The notes under the pieces: generated by a model
What the model saw: the letters and a program-made list of their open reading frames with translations, nothing else
What the model was told of the DNA's origin: nothing
Databases searched by the model: none
Virus record (IMG/VR): IMGVR_UViG_3300044638_006439
Location: 1-35,751 of that record
Length of the DNA stretch: 35,751 nt
Direction: 5' to 3' (one strand)
Source: a virus
Lineage: Duplodnaviria > Caudoviricetes
Made by a program: the position numbers and the translations under genes
In this document: one piece after another, positions 1-7,587 of the stretch
Layout of the letters: every line of letters starts with the position of its first letter
Numbering within the stretch: position 1 is the stretch's first letter

Positions 1-124
1 CCGTTGTTCTTTGTTTGGACGGTTAACACCATCCTCGCTCACGATCGCGACATTGCCGTGATGAAAATGCAAATCGCCATGCAGAGCGGTGGCAAGGGCA
101 ACATCTCCAACAGCATCAACATGG
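1..124 (+). repeat. Direct terminal repeat, copy 1 (circular assembly overlap)
   Basis: 1-124 (ccgttgttct...catcaacatgg) is identical to 35628-35751; an ORF reads in frame across the join. Confidence 0.97.
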
Positions 125-381
125 GCAACGCGGGGGCGGGCACCGAGATGGTGGACAGCGCCAAAACGTGGCTGACTACGAAGGATGTGGCTACTCGCGA
201 GGGCTGCGACGAGCGCACCGTCTTGAACTACATCGCGCGCGGCCAGATCGTGCCGATGCCTGAGAAGGATGGCAAGAGCTGGCGCATTTCCGCAGGTTTC
301 CGCATCATTCCGAATCCCGCCGAATCGGGCGGAAAGGTCGCAGCCAAGCTCCAACCTGAATGCGAGGAGGCCACGCCATGA
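1..381 (+). CDS. 3' part of a junction-spanning 151-aa protein: N-terminal TM segment plus C-terminal excisionase/MerR-like (HTH_17-type) winged HTH
   Basis: Continues the ORF starting at 35553; WLTTKDVATREGCDERTVLNYIARGQI...KDGKSWRI fits the HTH_17 pattern; stop overlaps next ATG (ATGA 378-381). Confidence 0.8.
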   Translation, partial: PLFFVWTVNTILAHDRDIAVMKMQIAMQSGGKGNISNSINMGNAGAGTEMVDSAKTWLTTKDVATREGCDERTVLNYIARGQIVPMPEKDGKSWRISAGFRIIPNPAESGGKVAAKLQPECEEATP

Positions 382-1022
382 GCCGTCGCGTCGTCTATTT
401 CATCCTGAACGGCATCCACACGAACCCGGCGCAGACGGACGGCTGGGTCGATGAGGCGGCAACGCTGCTCAACCGGCAGACGCCCGACTACGTGAAGCCT
501 GAAAAGTTCGAGTATTACACGACGGCGCTGACTCGCAGGCTGTTCCAGGCGCGCCGCGCGGAGAAGCTGCTGCACAAGGCGCTGGGCTACGCGGAGGACG
601 GCTGGACCGTCCGCATGATCGGGCACAGCAACGGCTGCGATTTGATCGCGCGTGTGGCGCTGGCGGCAGCAAAGAAGGAGATTCCAACGCTCCGACTGGA
701 TAGCGTCCACCTGATCGCCCCAGCTGCGGAGGATGCGGACTTCGCGCAAGCGGTGCAGTGCGGCGCGATTAGCCGCGTCCACATCTACGGCAGCGCAAAC
801 GACAAGGCGCTTCTGGCGGCTGGCCTGTCCGCGAAGCTGCTCAACTTTGTCGGCCTGGGCTTCGGATCGCTGGGCCTGCGCGGCAAGGCTTTGGCGGATC
901 GCTTTCCGGGCCGCGTCTTTGACCACTCGCGCGACCACTACGGGCATTCAACGTGGATCGGTCTCGCACTTCCGGGCACCGTCCGCGAAATTCTCGAACA
1001 TGACGAGATTCTAATTCCATGA
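378..1022 (+). CDS. Alpha/beta hydrolase fold serine esterase/lipase (DUF900-like)
   Basis: Nucleophile elbow GHSNG, VHLIAPA strand, candidate Asp in YGSAND and His in YGHS; ATGA coupling at both ends. Confidence 0.8.
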   Translation: MSRRVVYFILNGIHTNPAQTDGWVDEAATLLNRQTPDYVKPEKFEYYTTALTRRLFQARRAEKLLHKALGYAEDGWTVRMIGHSNGCDLIARVALAAAKKEIPTLRLDSVHLIAPAAEDADFAQAVQCGAISRVHIYGSANDKALLAAGLSAKLLNFVGLGFGSLGLRGKALADRFPGRVFDHSRDHYGHSTWIGLALPGTVREILEHDEILIP

Positions 1023-1144
1023 ACACGCTCCTCGACCTCGCCGCCATGTCGATGCCCGAAACGGGCGCGCGCATCATTCTATCTGGCGCGGTCATGATCG
1101 GCCTTGTTGTCGGGGCCTTCTACTACGCATCCAAAACGCCATGA
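1019..1144 (+). CDS. 41-aa single-TM peptide, candidate holin/lysis accessory
   Basis: Read by hand: MNTLLDLAAMSMPETGARIILSGAVMIGLVVGAFYYASKTP; ATGA overlaps with both neighbours. Confidence 0.7.
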   Translation: MNTLLDLAAMSMPETGARIILSGAVMIGLVVGAFYYASKTP

Positions 1145-1620
1145 GAACCAAGCGCACCATCGAAAACCTCGGCAGTCTGAACCGCAAGGCTCTTGCCAAA
1201 ATCGAGCCGTTCCTTGCGGAAGCAGAAGCCGCCATGTCCGCAAGGGGCGTTTCCATCGAAGTCATTTCCGGCCTGCGCTCATGGGCCGCGCAGGCGGCGC
1301 TTTATGCGCAGGGCCGAACCAAGTCGGGGCGCATCGTCACAAAGGCGCGGCCCGGATCGAGCTGGCACAACTTCGGCCTCGCTATCGACCTGGGCCTTTT
1401 CCGAAACGGCGTTTATCTGGACGAGAAACGGCCCGTCGATGCCGACAGGTTTTATGCTGAGATTGGCCGGATTGCCGCCAAGCATGGCGTCGAGTGGGCC
1501 GGAAACTGGAAGTCCTTCACGGAGACTCCGCACTTCCAAGTTACCTTTGGCCTCACGCTGGCGACGGCGCGTGAGCGCATGATTGCCGCCAACTACGACG
1601 TGCAAAAGGTCGTTCCTTGA
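1141..1620 (+). CDS. Endolysin, M15 family (L-Ala-D-Glu peptidase-like)
   Basis: SGLRS..Q..LYAQGRT, SWHNFGLAID (SxHxxGxAxD), WAGNW..FTETPHFQ. Confidence 0.92.
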   Translation: MRTKRTIENLGSLNRKALAKIEPFLAEAEAAMSARGVSIEVISGLRSWAAQAALYAQGRTKSGRIVTKARPGSSWHNFGLAIDLGLFRNGVYLDEKRPVDADRFYAEIGRIAAKHGVEWAGNWKSFTETPHFQVTFGLTLATARERMIAANYDVQKVVP

Positions 1621-1701
1621 AATGCACAAATGACAGCGTGCAAATGTGCCGCCTTGTGGCTTCCTTTGTGCGATTGGCCTAGTTCCCCACTGAAACGGAT
1701 C

Positions 1702-1717
1702 ACCCGCTATGCTCCAC
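1702..1717 (+). other. attP core: 3' end of tRNA-Ala (or tmRNA)
   Basis: ACCCGCTATGCTCCAC = T-stem 3' strand CCGCT + acceptor 3' strand ATGCTCC (U70 of the Ala G3:U70 pair) + discriminator A; followed by a terminator and the integrase. Confidence 0.75.
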
Positions 1718-1728
1718 TTCATCATTTC

Positions 1729-1751
1729 AGCCGCTTTCGAGCGGCTTTTTT
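1729..1751 (+). terminator. Intrinsic terminator
   Basis: AGCCGCT-TTCG-AGCGGCT followed by a T run. Confidence 0.85.
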
Positions 1752-1882
1752 GTGCCCGCGTTTGGGCTGTGTAGCTGGGAAAACGGCAAAATTACACGCC
1801 ATGTCATGCGGAATGACACGAAATGGCGCATTTGTGGCTTTTTTTGTGGCTCGCCTGTGGGCTTTGTGGCTACCGTTGTGGC

Positions 1883-3004
1883 ATGGCTTCTGTGTTTCAG
1901 CGAGGGCGTTCAGACGTGTGGATTGCGGCGTTTCGCGCCTGGGATGCTCGCGCCGGGAAATGGGTCTGGCGGCAGCAATCGACGGGCGTTCAGGACAAGG
2001 CGGCAGCGGCAGGCATTGCGGCTACGCTTGAGGCCGGATCGCAGGCCGCCAAGGCTGGCGTCCTGAATCGCGAGAAGGCTTTGCGGATGGTGAATGACAT
2101 CCTGCGGCTGGCGGGCCTCGATGAGCTGGCGGCAGCGCCAAGCCTTGCCAGCGTCGCGAAGGGGCTACTGGACGGCTCCGACGTGGCCGAGAGCACAGCG
2201 CGGAAGTATGCGGCGCAGTGGGCGGCGCTCGAAGCCTGGGCCGGTCCAAAAGCCGCGCAGCCGGTTACGGCCTGGACGGTCGAGACAATCGAGGCCTACT
2301 ATCTGGCGACCAAGGCCAAGTTCAGCGCCACGACGGCGAACGATCACCTGCGCTTTGTGGGCATGGTTTTCAGTCGGGCGGTCAAGCTGGGGCACCTGAC
2401 GAGCAATCCGGTGGATGCCGTCACGCGGGCGCGGAACGACTCCATCGACAAGGAGACGATCACGCGAGGCCAGCAAGCCGCAATCCTGCGGGCCATGCGC
2501 CGCGCCAAGCGCAAAGATTGGTGCTGCCTCGCCGCGCTGGGCTGGCATACCGGCCACCGCCTGCAAGACCTGCTCGACGCCACGACGGCCAACGGCGACC
2601 TGCTGACGCTCTCGCCGCGCAAAAAGGGCGGCAGGGGCCGCGAGGTCGTCTTGCCCTTGCCGCGATGGCTGGCGCGGCTTTTGTCGCGACTGGAGGGCTT
2701 CCAGACCATCGAGAAGGCCGACAACCGCAACGGGCGCGTGTCGGAGCAATTCATCGGCTGGCTTCGAGCCGCTGGCGTTGATCCTGTTCCGGTGCAGCGC
2801 GGGGCGCGGATCATTCATGCGCGGTCCTTCCATTCCTACCGGCACTCGATGGCCTCGCGCCTCGCTGCCGCTGGCGTGTCGGGCGAACTGGCGCGGCTTG
2901 TCACGGATCACGATTCCCCGAAGGTCGCGCGGCGCTACGTTCACGCGGAGGTTCAAGCCCTGCGCGAAGCCTTGGCAGCGGCCAGAATGCGCAAATCGTC
3001 GTGA
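1883..3004 (+). CDS. int: Tyrosine integrase
   Basis: Catalytic residues: TGHR, PRKK, HSYRH, TDHDS, RRYVH; start MASVFQRGRS at 1883 preferred because 1823-1882 is the arm-repeat DNA. Confidence 0.95.
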   Translation: MASVFQRGRSDVWIAAFRAWDARAGKWVWRQQSTGVQDKAAAAGIAATLEAGSQAAKAGVLNREKALRMVNDILRLAGLDELAAAPSLASVAKGLLDGSDVAESTARKYAAQWAALEAWAGPKAAQPVTAWTVETIEAYYLATKAKFSATTANDHLRFVGMVFSRAVKLGHLTSNPVDAVTRARNDSIDKETITRGQQAAILRAMRRAKRKDWCCLAALGWHTGHRLQDLLDATTANGDLLTLSPRKKGGRGREVVLPLPRWLARLLSRLEGFQTIEKADNRNGRVSEQFIGWLRAAGVDPVPVQRGARIIHARSFHSYRHSMASRLAAAGVSGELARLVTDHDSPKVARRYVHAEVQALREALAAARMRKSS

Positions 3005-3150
3005 CGGCGCATGTCTTCCCAAATGAGGTTTTCGACGTAGGACGAGAAGTTGCGGCGCTGTTCCTTGGCGATTCGCTGCCCGCCCTTGTGGATCGCGGCA
3101 TCAATCGAAATGGACGTATTGGTTTTCTTGTCGGGTCGAATGCTGGCCAT
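2953..3150 (-). CDS. Ribbon-helix-helix DNA-binding protein (65 aa)
   Basis: KKTNTSISID (ribbon) AAIHKGGQRIAKEQ RRNFSSYVENLIWEDM fits CopG/Arc pattern; TTGCAC 35 nt upstream of the ATG. Confidence 0.75.
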   Translation of the reverse strand: MASIRPDKKTNTSISIDAAIHKGGQRIAKEQRRNFSSYVENLIWEDMRRHDDLRILAAAKASRRA

Positions 3151-3151
3151 G

Positions 3152-3185
3152 CGTGGCATTTCGTGGCATTGTGCCACTTGTGCAA
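3152..3185 (-). promoter_or_regulatory. Promoter with tandem operator repeats AATGCCACG(A) upstream of the RHH gene
   Basis: Minus strand TTGCAC-aagtggcac-AATGCCACGA-AATGCCACG-c-ATG. Confidence 0.55.
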
Positions 3186-3241
3186 GTGTGAACTTGTGTT
3201 ACAATTTTGACGCGATGCTGTCCCGACCTTCAGCGCCTCGC

Positions 3242-3388
3242 CTATGGATGCCCGTCGCTTTGGCCCAAAGGGTGCAAGGCTGGCGGAGGTGGGAGATTTT
3301 CCAAAAGACCAGATCGACGCGCGCGCAAGACCAACAAGCCAGCGCAGAGCGTGGCAACCACGAAGGCGGGAATCATCCAAGGTTTCAT
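3242..3388 (-). CDS. 48-aa signal-anchor membrane peptide
   Basis: Read by hand: MKPWMIPAFVVATLCAGLLVLRARRSGLLENLPPPPALHPLGQSDGHP; starts 1 nt after the repressor stop. Confidence 0.55.
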   Translation of the reverse strand: MKPWMIPAFVVATLCAGLLVLRARRSGLLENLPPPPALHPLGQSDGHP

Positions 3389-3389
3389 G

Positions 3390-3713
3390 TTATGCGATGC
3401 AGTAGAGCAAGAGGCCCGCCAAGAAAAAGATCAGCGCCGATTTGATAACAGACTCAACCCATTGTTGCAGGGTTTGCCCCTGCGCCTCCGCCTTTTTCTG
3501 CATGGAGGCGAACTCATCAATTGAGAACATCGGCATAATGGAAGGCTGCTGTCTAAGCATCTTCCAGACCCAATCAGGGATGGGATTTTGGGCGTTTTCC
3601 CAAGCAATGACGGCGCTCTTAGAGCAACCGAGAAAAGCGGCGAGAGACTTCTGAGTATAGCCAAGCGACTTGCGTTCGGCTTGGAGTTTTGCGGCCTGTT
3701 TTTGGAGGTTCAT
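3390..3713 (-). CDS. XRE-family HTH repressor candidate with RHH-like middle and hydrophobic C-terminal tail
   Basis: RKSLGYTQKSLAAFLGCSKSAVIAWENAQNPIP is a typical XRE HTH; divergent from the early operon; ends ALIFFLAGLLLYCIA. Confidence 0.82.
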   Translation of the reverse strand: MNLQKQAAKLQAERKSLGYTQKSLAAFLGCSKSAVIAWENAQNPIPDWVWKMLRQQPSIMPMFSIDEFASMQKKAEAQGQTLQQWVESVIKSALIFFLAGLLLYCIA

Positions 3714-3798
3714 AGTTCTCGAATGTAATCAAAGTTACATCCGATACAACTTTTTATTTGACCAATGTTAGACCAGATGTAACTACTTCTTACACGCC
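3714..3798. promoter_or_regulatory. Divergent promoter/operator region (lysis-lysogeny switch)
   Basis: AT-rich; palindrome ATGTAA-N6-TTACAT (3723-3740); GATGTAAC at 3776-3783 is the inverse of 3734-3741; leftward TTGTAT-N16-TACATT; rightward TTGACC at 3758. Confidence 0.7.
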
Positions 3799-3969
3799 AT
3801 GGAACTACTCCTCAAGATCACAGAAAGCGACACGCTCAGCGCTGACGAAATCAGCGCGTTTCGCGACAAGGCCATACAGGCAGGCGCTAGCGCCGAATCC
3901 TTGCTGGCAAAACTCATCCGCGCGGAAATCGCCAAACCCTCCAAGACCAAGAAAGGAGCACGGAAATGA
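3799..3969 (+). CDS. Small basic protein, RHH-like, in the Cro position (56 aa)
   Basis: Read by hand: MELLLKITESDTLSADEISAFRDKAIQAGASAESLLAKLIRAEIAKPSKTKKGARK; ATGA-coupled to next gene. Confidence 0.65.
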   Translation: MELLLKITESDTLSADEISAFRDKAIQAGASAESLLAKLIRAEIAKPSKTKKGARK

Positions 3970-4130
3970 AGCTGACGCTTGAACTCCCTCCTGAGCTTTC
4001 GCGCTGGGTCAAAGCTGCTGCATCTCGCAGCAAGCACACGCCCGAAGCTGAAACGCTCTCCATGTTGAACTGGATTCACGCGGCCTCCGCTGCTGTGACG
4101 CCGAAGGCTAGAAAGGGCCGCAAGTCATGA
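3966..4130 (+). CDS. Arc-like RHH protein (54 aa)
   Basis: Read by hand: MKLTLELPPELSRWVKAAASRSKHTPEAETLSMLNWIH...; ATGA overlaps both sides. Confidence 0.7.
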   Translation: MKLTLELPPELSRWVKAAASRSKHTPEAETLSMLNWIHAASAAVTPKARKGRKS

Positions 4131-4456
4131 GTGACGCTAAGCTGATTCCGCTTTGGATCGAGTCGCAAACCCTGCGCCGCCAAGGATGGTGGAAGGCTGT
4201 CGATTCAATGCTTGCCGATAAAGGCCTCAAGATCGACCCGAAGCACCCCGACAACGCGGACGGGCATCCCATCTACCTGCAAGCCGGTGACTCGCATATC
4301 TGCATCAGTTCGGGAGAGTGGCCGACAAGCAACGGGCCGCATCTTTACATCACAGACGAACGCGAATCGTGGGAGGCCCGATTCACAGAGCGCACGCCCC
4401 TTTCCGTCGTCCTCGAAGCAATCCGCGAACTCGAAACGCCCGAAGCCACCGAATAG
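4127..4456 (+). CDS. Hypothetical protein
   Basis: 109-aa ORF, ATGA-coupled, normal composition. Confidence 0.75.
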   Translation: MSDAKLIPLWIESQTLRRQGWWKAVDSMLADKGLKIDPKHPDNADGHPIYLQAGDSHICISSGEWPTSNGPHLYITDERESWEARFTERTPLSVVLEAIRELETPEATE

Positions 4457-4467
4457 CACCAAAAGCC

Positions 4468-4623
4468 ATGAACATCCGCCTTCGCCCCAGCCCTCACATG
4501 CTCGACCTGCGCCCGCGCACGATTGCGCAGGTGCATGAACGCCGCGCTTCCCTGACCTTCTACGCGCTCGGCTTCTGCATCGGCTGCGTCGCGACGGCTG
4601 CTTATCTGATCTTCAACGCATGA
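4468..4623 (+). CDS. Small protein with C-terminal TM helix
   Basis: MNIRLRPSPH...LTFYALGFCIGCVATAAYLIFNA; ATGA-coupled to 4620. Confidence 0.6.
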   Translation: MNIRLRPSPHMLDLRPRTIAQVHERRASLTFYALGFCIGCVATAAYLIFNA

Positions 4624-4865
4624 AAACACCCATCACCCAACTCCTCGCCAAAGCCGCGAAAGCACTGCCGCCGCAAAAGCCGTCGCGCTCATCCTGGGCA
4701 CCTTTCGCGCCCGTCGTGACTCAACTCCAAGCGAACGGCTACGACCTGACTGCCGCCGTCGATTGGCTCATTGCGGAAAAGCAGGTCGAGCTTTCCGACC
4801 GCCTGAAATGCTACCGCAGCCTTCGCCAGCTTCTCGAACGCCAGAACCCGAAAACCAACAAGTAA
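4620..4865 (+). CDS. Hypothetical protein
   Basis: 81-aa ORF tiling the operon. Confidence 0.7.
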   Translation: MKTPITQLLAKAAKALPPQKPSRSSWAPFAPVVTQLQANGYDLTAAVDWLIAEKQVELSDRLKCYRSLRQLLERQNPKTNK

Positions 4866-4868
4866 CCC

Positions 4869-5723
4869 ATGAGTGAACAACTAGCCACTGCCCAACCTCG
4901 CGCCTCCGCCCTTGTGGTGATGGCCGATAAATACCACGTCGAGCCTAACAAGCTGCTCGAAACGCTGAAAAACACCGTGTTCCGCAACGCGACGAATGAC
5001 GAGCTTTTGGCGCTTGTCGTCGTGTCGAACGAATACGGCCTCAACCCGCTTACGAAGGAAATTTACGCCTTCCCAGCCAAAGGCGGCGGCATCGTGCCGG
5101 TCGTCTCGATTGACGGCTGGATTCGCATGATGAACGACCATCCGCAGTTCGACGGCATTGACTATCAGTTTGAGCACGACGAACAGGGCAGGCTCGTTTC
5201 CTGCACGTCTATTATTTACCGCAAGGACCGCAGCCATCCGACACGGGTAACTGAGTACCTGAACGAATGCCGCCGCAACACAGAGCCGTGGAAGATGGAA
5301 AGCCGCATGCTGCGCCACAAGGCCACGATCCAAGGCGCTCGCGTTGCCTTTGGGTTCTCGGGCATCACGGACGAGGACGAAGCTATCGCGACTCCTGGAC
5401 TTGCTGGCGCGAAGGACGCGACGCCGAAAGCTGCACGATCCGCGCCCCTCGACCCATTCGCGCAGATTCCCGGCGAGGCTCCGACCATCGAGGCGGAAAC
5501 AGAAGTTGTTCACGAAGTCGCGGAGCCAACGCAAGAGGACATGCTGGCAACCGACCTGCTCGAAGCTGTGGCCGATTCTGACGCTGAAAACCTCGGCTCC
5601 TACGTCGAGCAAGCCAACGCGGCTTTGACGGGCGCTAAACAAGAGATGGTGAAGAAAGCCATTCAGGCGCGGGCTAAGGCCCTGGGCGTGAAGTGGGACA
5701 AGGAAAGGGGGGCTTTTGTATGA
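4869..5723 (+). CDS. bet: Single-strand annealing protein, Red-beta/RecT family
   Basis: YGLNPLTKEIYAFPAKGGGIVPVVSIDGW, VTEYLNEC, PW...RMLRHKATIQGARVAFGFSGITDEDEA closely follow lambda Bet. Confidence 0.95.
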   Translation: MSEQLATAQPRASALVVMADKYHVEPNKLLETLKNTVFRNATNDELLALVVVSNEYGLNPLTKEIYAFPAKGGGIVPVVSIDGWIRMMNDHPQFDGIDYQFEHDEQGRLVSCTSIIYRKDRSHPTRVTEYLNECRRNTEPWKMESRMLRHKATIQGARVAFGFSGITDEDEAIATPGLAGAKDATPKAARSAPLDPFAQIPGEAPTIEAETEVVHEVAEPTQEDMLATDLLEAVADSDAENLGSYVEQANAALTGAKQEMVKKAIQARAKALGVKWDKERGAFV

Positions 5724-5992
5724 GCGCCAAATTGCACATGGAAACAGGCCACGCCGTCACTGCTGACGTTCAGATAGTCGCCGGGGAGCGCCTTCGTTTT
5801 GTGAATGCCGACCAACGCACGATTTTTGAAGTGGTCGCTAACGAAGCCAGCATTTCGGTGCGTGGCGTGGAGTTTCACTTTATCGGCGATGCTATTCATG
5901 GAGGCGGTATTATTGTTGCTCCCCGCGCGTCTAATGAAGTGGAAATCAGCACGCCATTTTACGGCATGCGCCAGAAAGGAGGCCAAGCATGA
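5720..5992 (+). CDS. Hypothetical protein
   Basis: ATGA-coupled at both ends; start MSAKLH at 5720. Confidence 0.7.
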   Translation: MSAKLHMETGHAVTADVQIVAGERLRFVNADQRTIFEVVANEASISVRGVEFHFIGDAIHGGGIIVAPRASNEVEISTPFYGMRQKGGQA

Positions 5993-6249
5993 GCGCCGAC
6001 CGAATCAACACCCTGCGCGACACCTTCCGCGTTGCTATGCTCGACTGGGACGTGCCGGTGTCCGTCACTATTGAGGACGATTGCGCCAGTGTCTGCTTTA
6101 CTCTTTGGGGCACCAAATTGGAAGGCAGTTTCGAGCACTTAGAAGACGATGAGTGGTCAGACGGCAACGACTGTCCGCATTACATCAAAAACACTGAATC
6201 GGTCTGGCAATGGATCGCAATGAAACTTCACGACAAACTTACAGCATGA
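5989..6249 (+). CDS. Hypothetical protein
   Basis: 86-aa ORF, ATGA-coupled. Confidence 0.7.
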   Translation: MSADRINTLRDTFRVAMLDWDVPVSVTIEDDCASVCFTLWGTKLEGSFEHLEDDEWSDGNDCPHYIKNTESVWQWIAMKLHDKLTA

Positions 6250-6887
6250 AAATTCACCAAGGCTTTCTCCAGGGTTCCGAAGAATGGTTTGCGCTCCGCC
6301 GTGGCCGCGCGACTGCGAGCAACTTCAAGAAGATCATCACGCCTGCGAAAGGCGAGTATTCCAAACAGGCCAGCGCCTACATGCGCGACTTGTTGGTTGA
6401 GTGCTTCACGCCCGACTATGCTAAGTTCCTCGGAACGTTTTGGACCGATCGCGGGACCGAGATGGAGCCGGAAGCGCGCAAGGCCTTCGAGGCTCACACG
6501 GGCCTGACTGCCGAACAGGTCGCCTTTGTGACCGCTGACCAATGGAAGCACGTCGTCGGCTGCTCGCCTGACTCGCTCATCAAGGACGACTCCGGCGAAT
6601 ATGTGGCGGGCCTCGAAATCAAGTGCCCGTCGCCGTTCACGCATGCCCAGTATATCGAGGAAGGCGTTTTGCCCGACGACTACAAGGCCCAGGTTCACGG
6701 CTCCATGGCCGTCACGGGACTAGATCGCTGGCATTTCTTCTCTTACTTCCCCGGCCTGCAACCGTTTCACTTGGTCGTGGAGCGCGACGACTACACGGCG
6801 AAGCTGGAAGCCGCGATTGATCGCTTTGTCATCGAATACGGAGCCTATCGCGAGAAGATGACGCCGAAACTTCAACTGCAAGCCTGA
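6246..6887 (+). CDS. Lambda-exonuclease/YqaJ family exonuclease
   Basis: QGSEEWFALRRGRATAS, RGTEMEPEAR, GCSPD, LEIKCP, YKAQV. Confidence 0.93.
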   Translation: MKIHQGFLQGSEEWFALRRGRATASNFKKIITPAKGEYSKQASAYMRDLLVECFTPDYAKFLGTFWTDRGTEMEPEARKAFEAHTGLTAEQVAFVTADQWKHVVGCSPDSLIKDDSGEYVAGLEIKCPSPFTHAQYIEEGVLPDDYKAQVHGSMAVTGLDRWHFFSYFPGLQPFHLVVERDDYTAKLEAAIDRFVIEYGAYREKMTPKLQLQA

Positions 6888-6911
6888 TACTGCCAAAAGC
6901 CACCAACTGCC

Positions 6912-7106
6912 ATGACGATTGAACAACTCATCAACGAACTCGCGACGCTGGGCCAAGCCATCGGCCACAAGGCGGAAGTTCTGACTTGGAACCTGCGCGA
7001 AAAAGAAAACCCGAACGAGCCGCTTGGCATTCGCGCTGTGTCTGGCGTGTCTGCCGGTTGGGACAAGCTCAAGCAGGCGTCGGTCGCAACCATCAAACTT
7101 GTATGA
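6912..7106 (+). CDS. Hypothetical protein
   Basis: MTIEQLINEL start typical of small phage early proteins; ATGA-coupled to 7103. Confidence 0.65.
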   Translation: MTIEQLINELATLGQAIGHKAEVLTWNLREKENPNEPLGIRAVSGVSAGWDKLKQASVATIKLV

Positions 7107-7552
7107 CGCCCATTATCTTTTTTGCTCCCGGTATTCCAAAAGGCCAACCTCGCGTTCGTGCTTTCGTGCGCGGTCGTCATGCTGGCGTCTATGATCCTGG
7201 CACCGCTGACGACTTCAAGGCGTCTATTCATCTGGCGGCACGCTCGGCAATGCGACCATTTGCAGACCGTCCGATTTTTCCAAGCGGCCCGGTTCGAGTC
7301 GATTGCGAGTTCGTGTTTCCGCGCCCGAAGTCGCACTTTACCAGCAAGGGGCAAATCAAAGCAGACGCGCCCGTCTGGCACACGCAAAAGCCGGATCGCG
7401 ACAACCTCGACAAGGCCGCGCTCGACACCTTGACCAAAATCGAGATGTGGCGCGACGATAGCCAAGCCTGCTCAGGCCAACTTCTCAAACGGTGGGCCGC
7501 TCTCGGCGAGCCTTCCGGCGTTCAAATTACCGTCACGTCCATTGCGTCGTGA
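7103..7552 (+). CDS. rusA: RusA family Holliday junction resolvase
   Basis: GIPKGQPR, FVFPRPKSH, KPDRDNLDKAALDTL, WRDDSQ. Confidence 0.92.
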   Translation: MTPIIFFAPGIPKGQPRVRAFVRGRHAGVYDPGTADDFKASIHLAARSAMRPFADRPIFPSGPVRVDCEFVFPRPKSHFTSKGQIKADAPVWHTQKPDRDNLDKAALDTLTKIEMWRDDSQACSGQLLKRWAALGEPSGVQITVTSIAS

Positions 7553-7587
7553 TGCCACCAAATAGCACCGCTCAACCTCTAATCACC

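Larger units (their letters stand above)
1654..1883 (+). repeat. Integrase arm-type repeats TTGTGGC(T) flanking the attP core
   Basis: TTGTGGCT at 1654, 1832, 1844, 1864 and TTGTGGCA at 1876, with degenerate copies near 1665 and 1855; they lie on both sides of the core, next to the integrase. Confidence 0.7.

Noticed and set aside
1690-1720. Complete tRNA gene
   Set aside because: Only the 3' 16 nt match; no D arm, anticodon arm or TTCGA loop upstream
1823-1882. Longer integrase N-terminus (MAHLWLFLWL...)
   Set aside because: It is the translation of the TTGTGGCT arm repeats; ATG 1883 gives a typical integrase start
2901-3389. In-frame continuation of the repressor beyond its TAA (159-aa ORF)
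   Set aside because: Would overlap the RHH gene and its promoter and looks non-protein-like; the 48-aa TM peptide in another frame is a better fit
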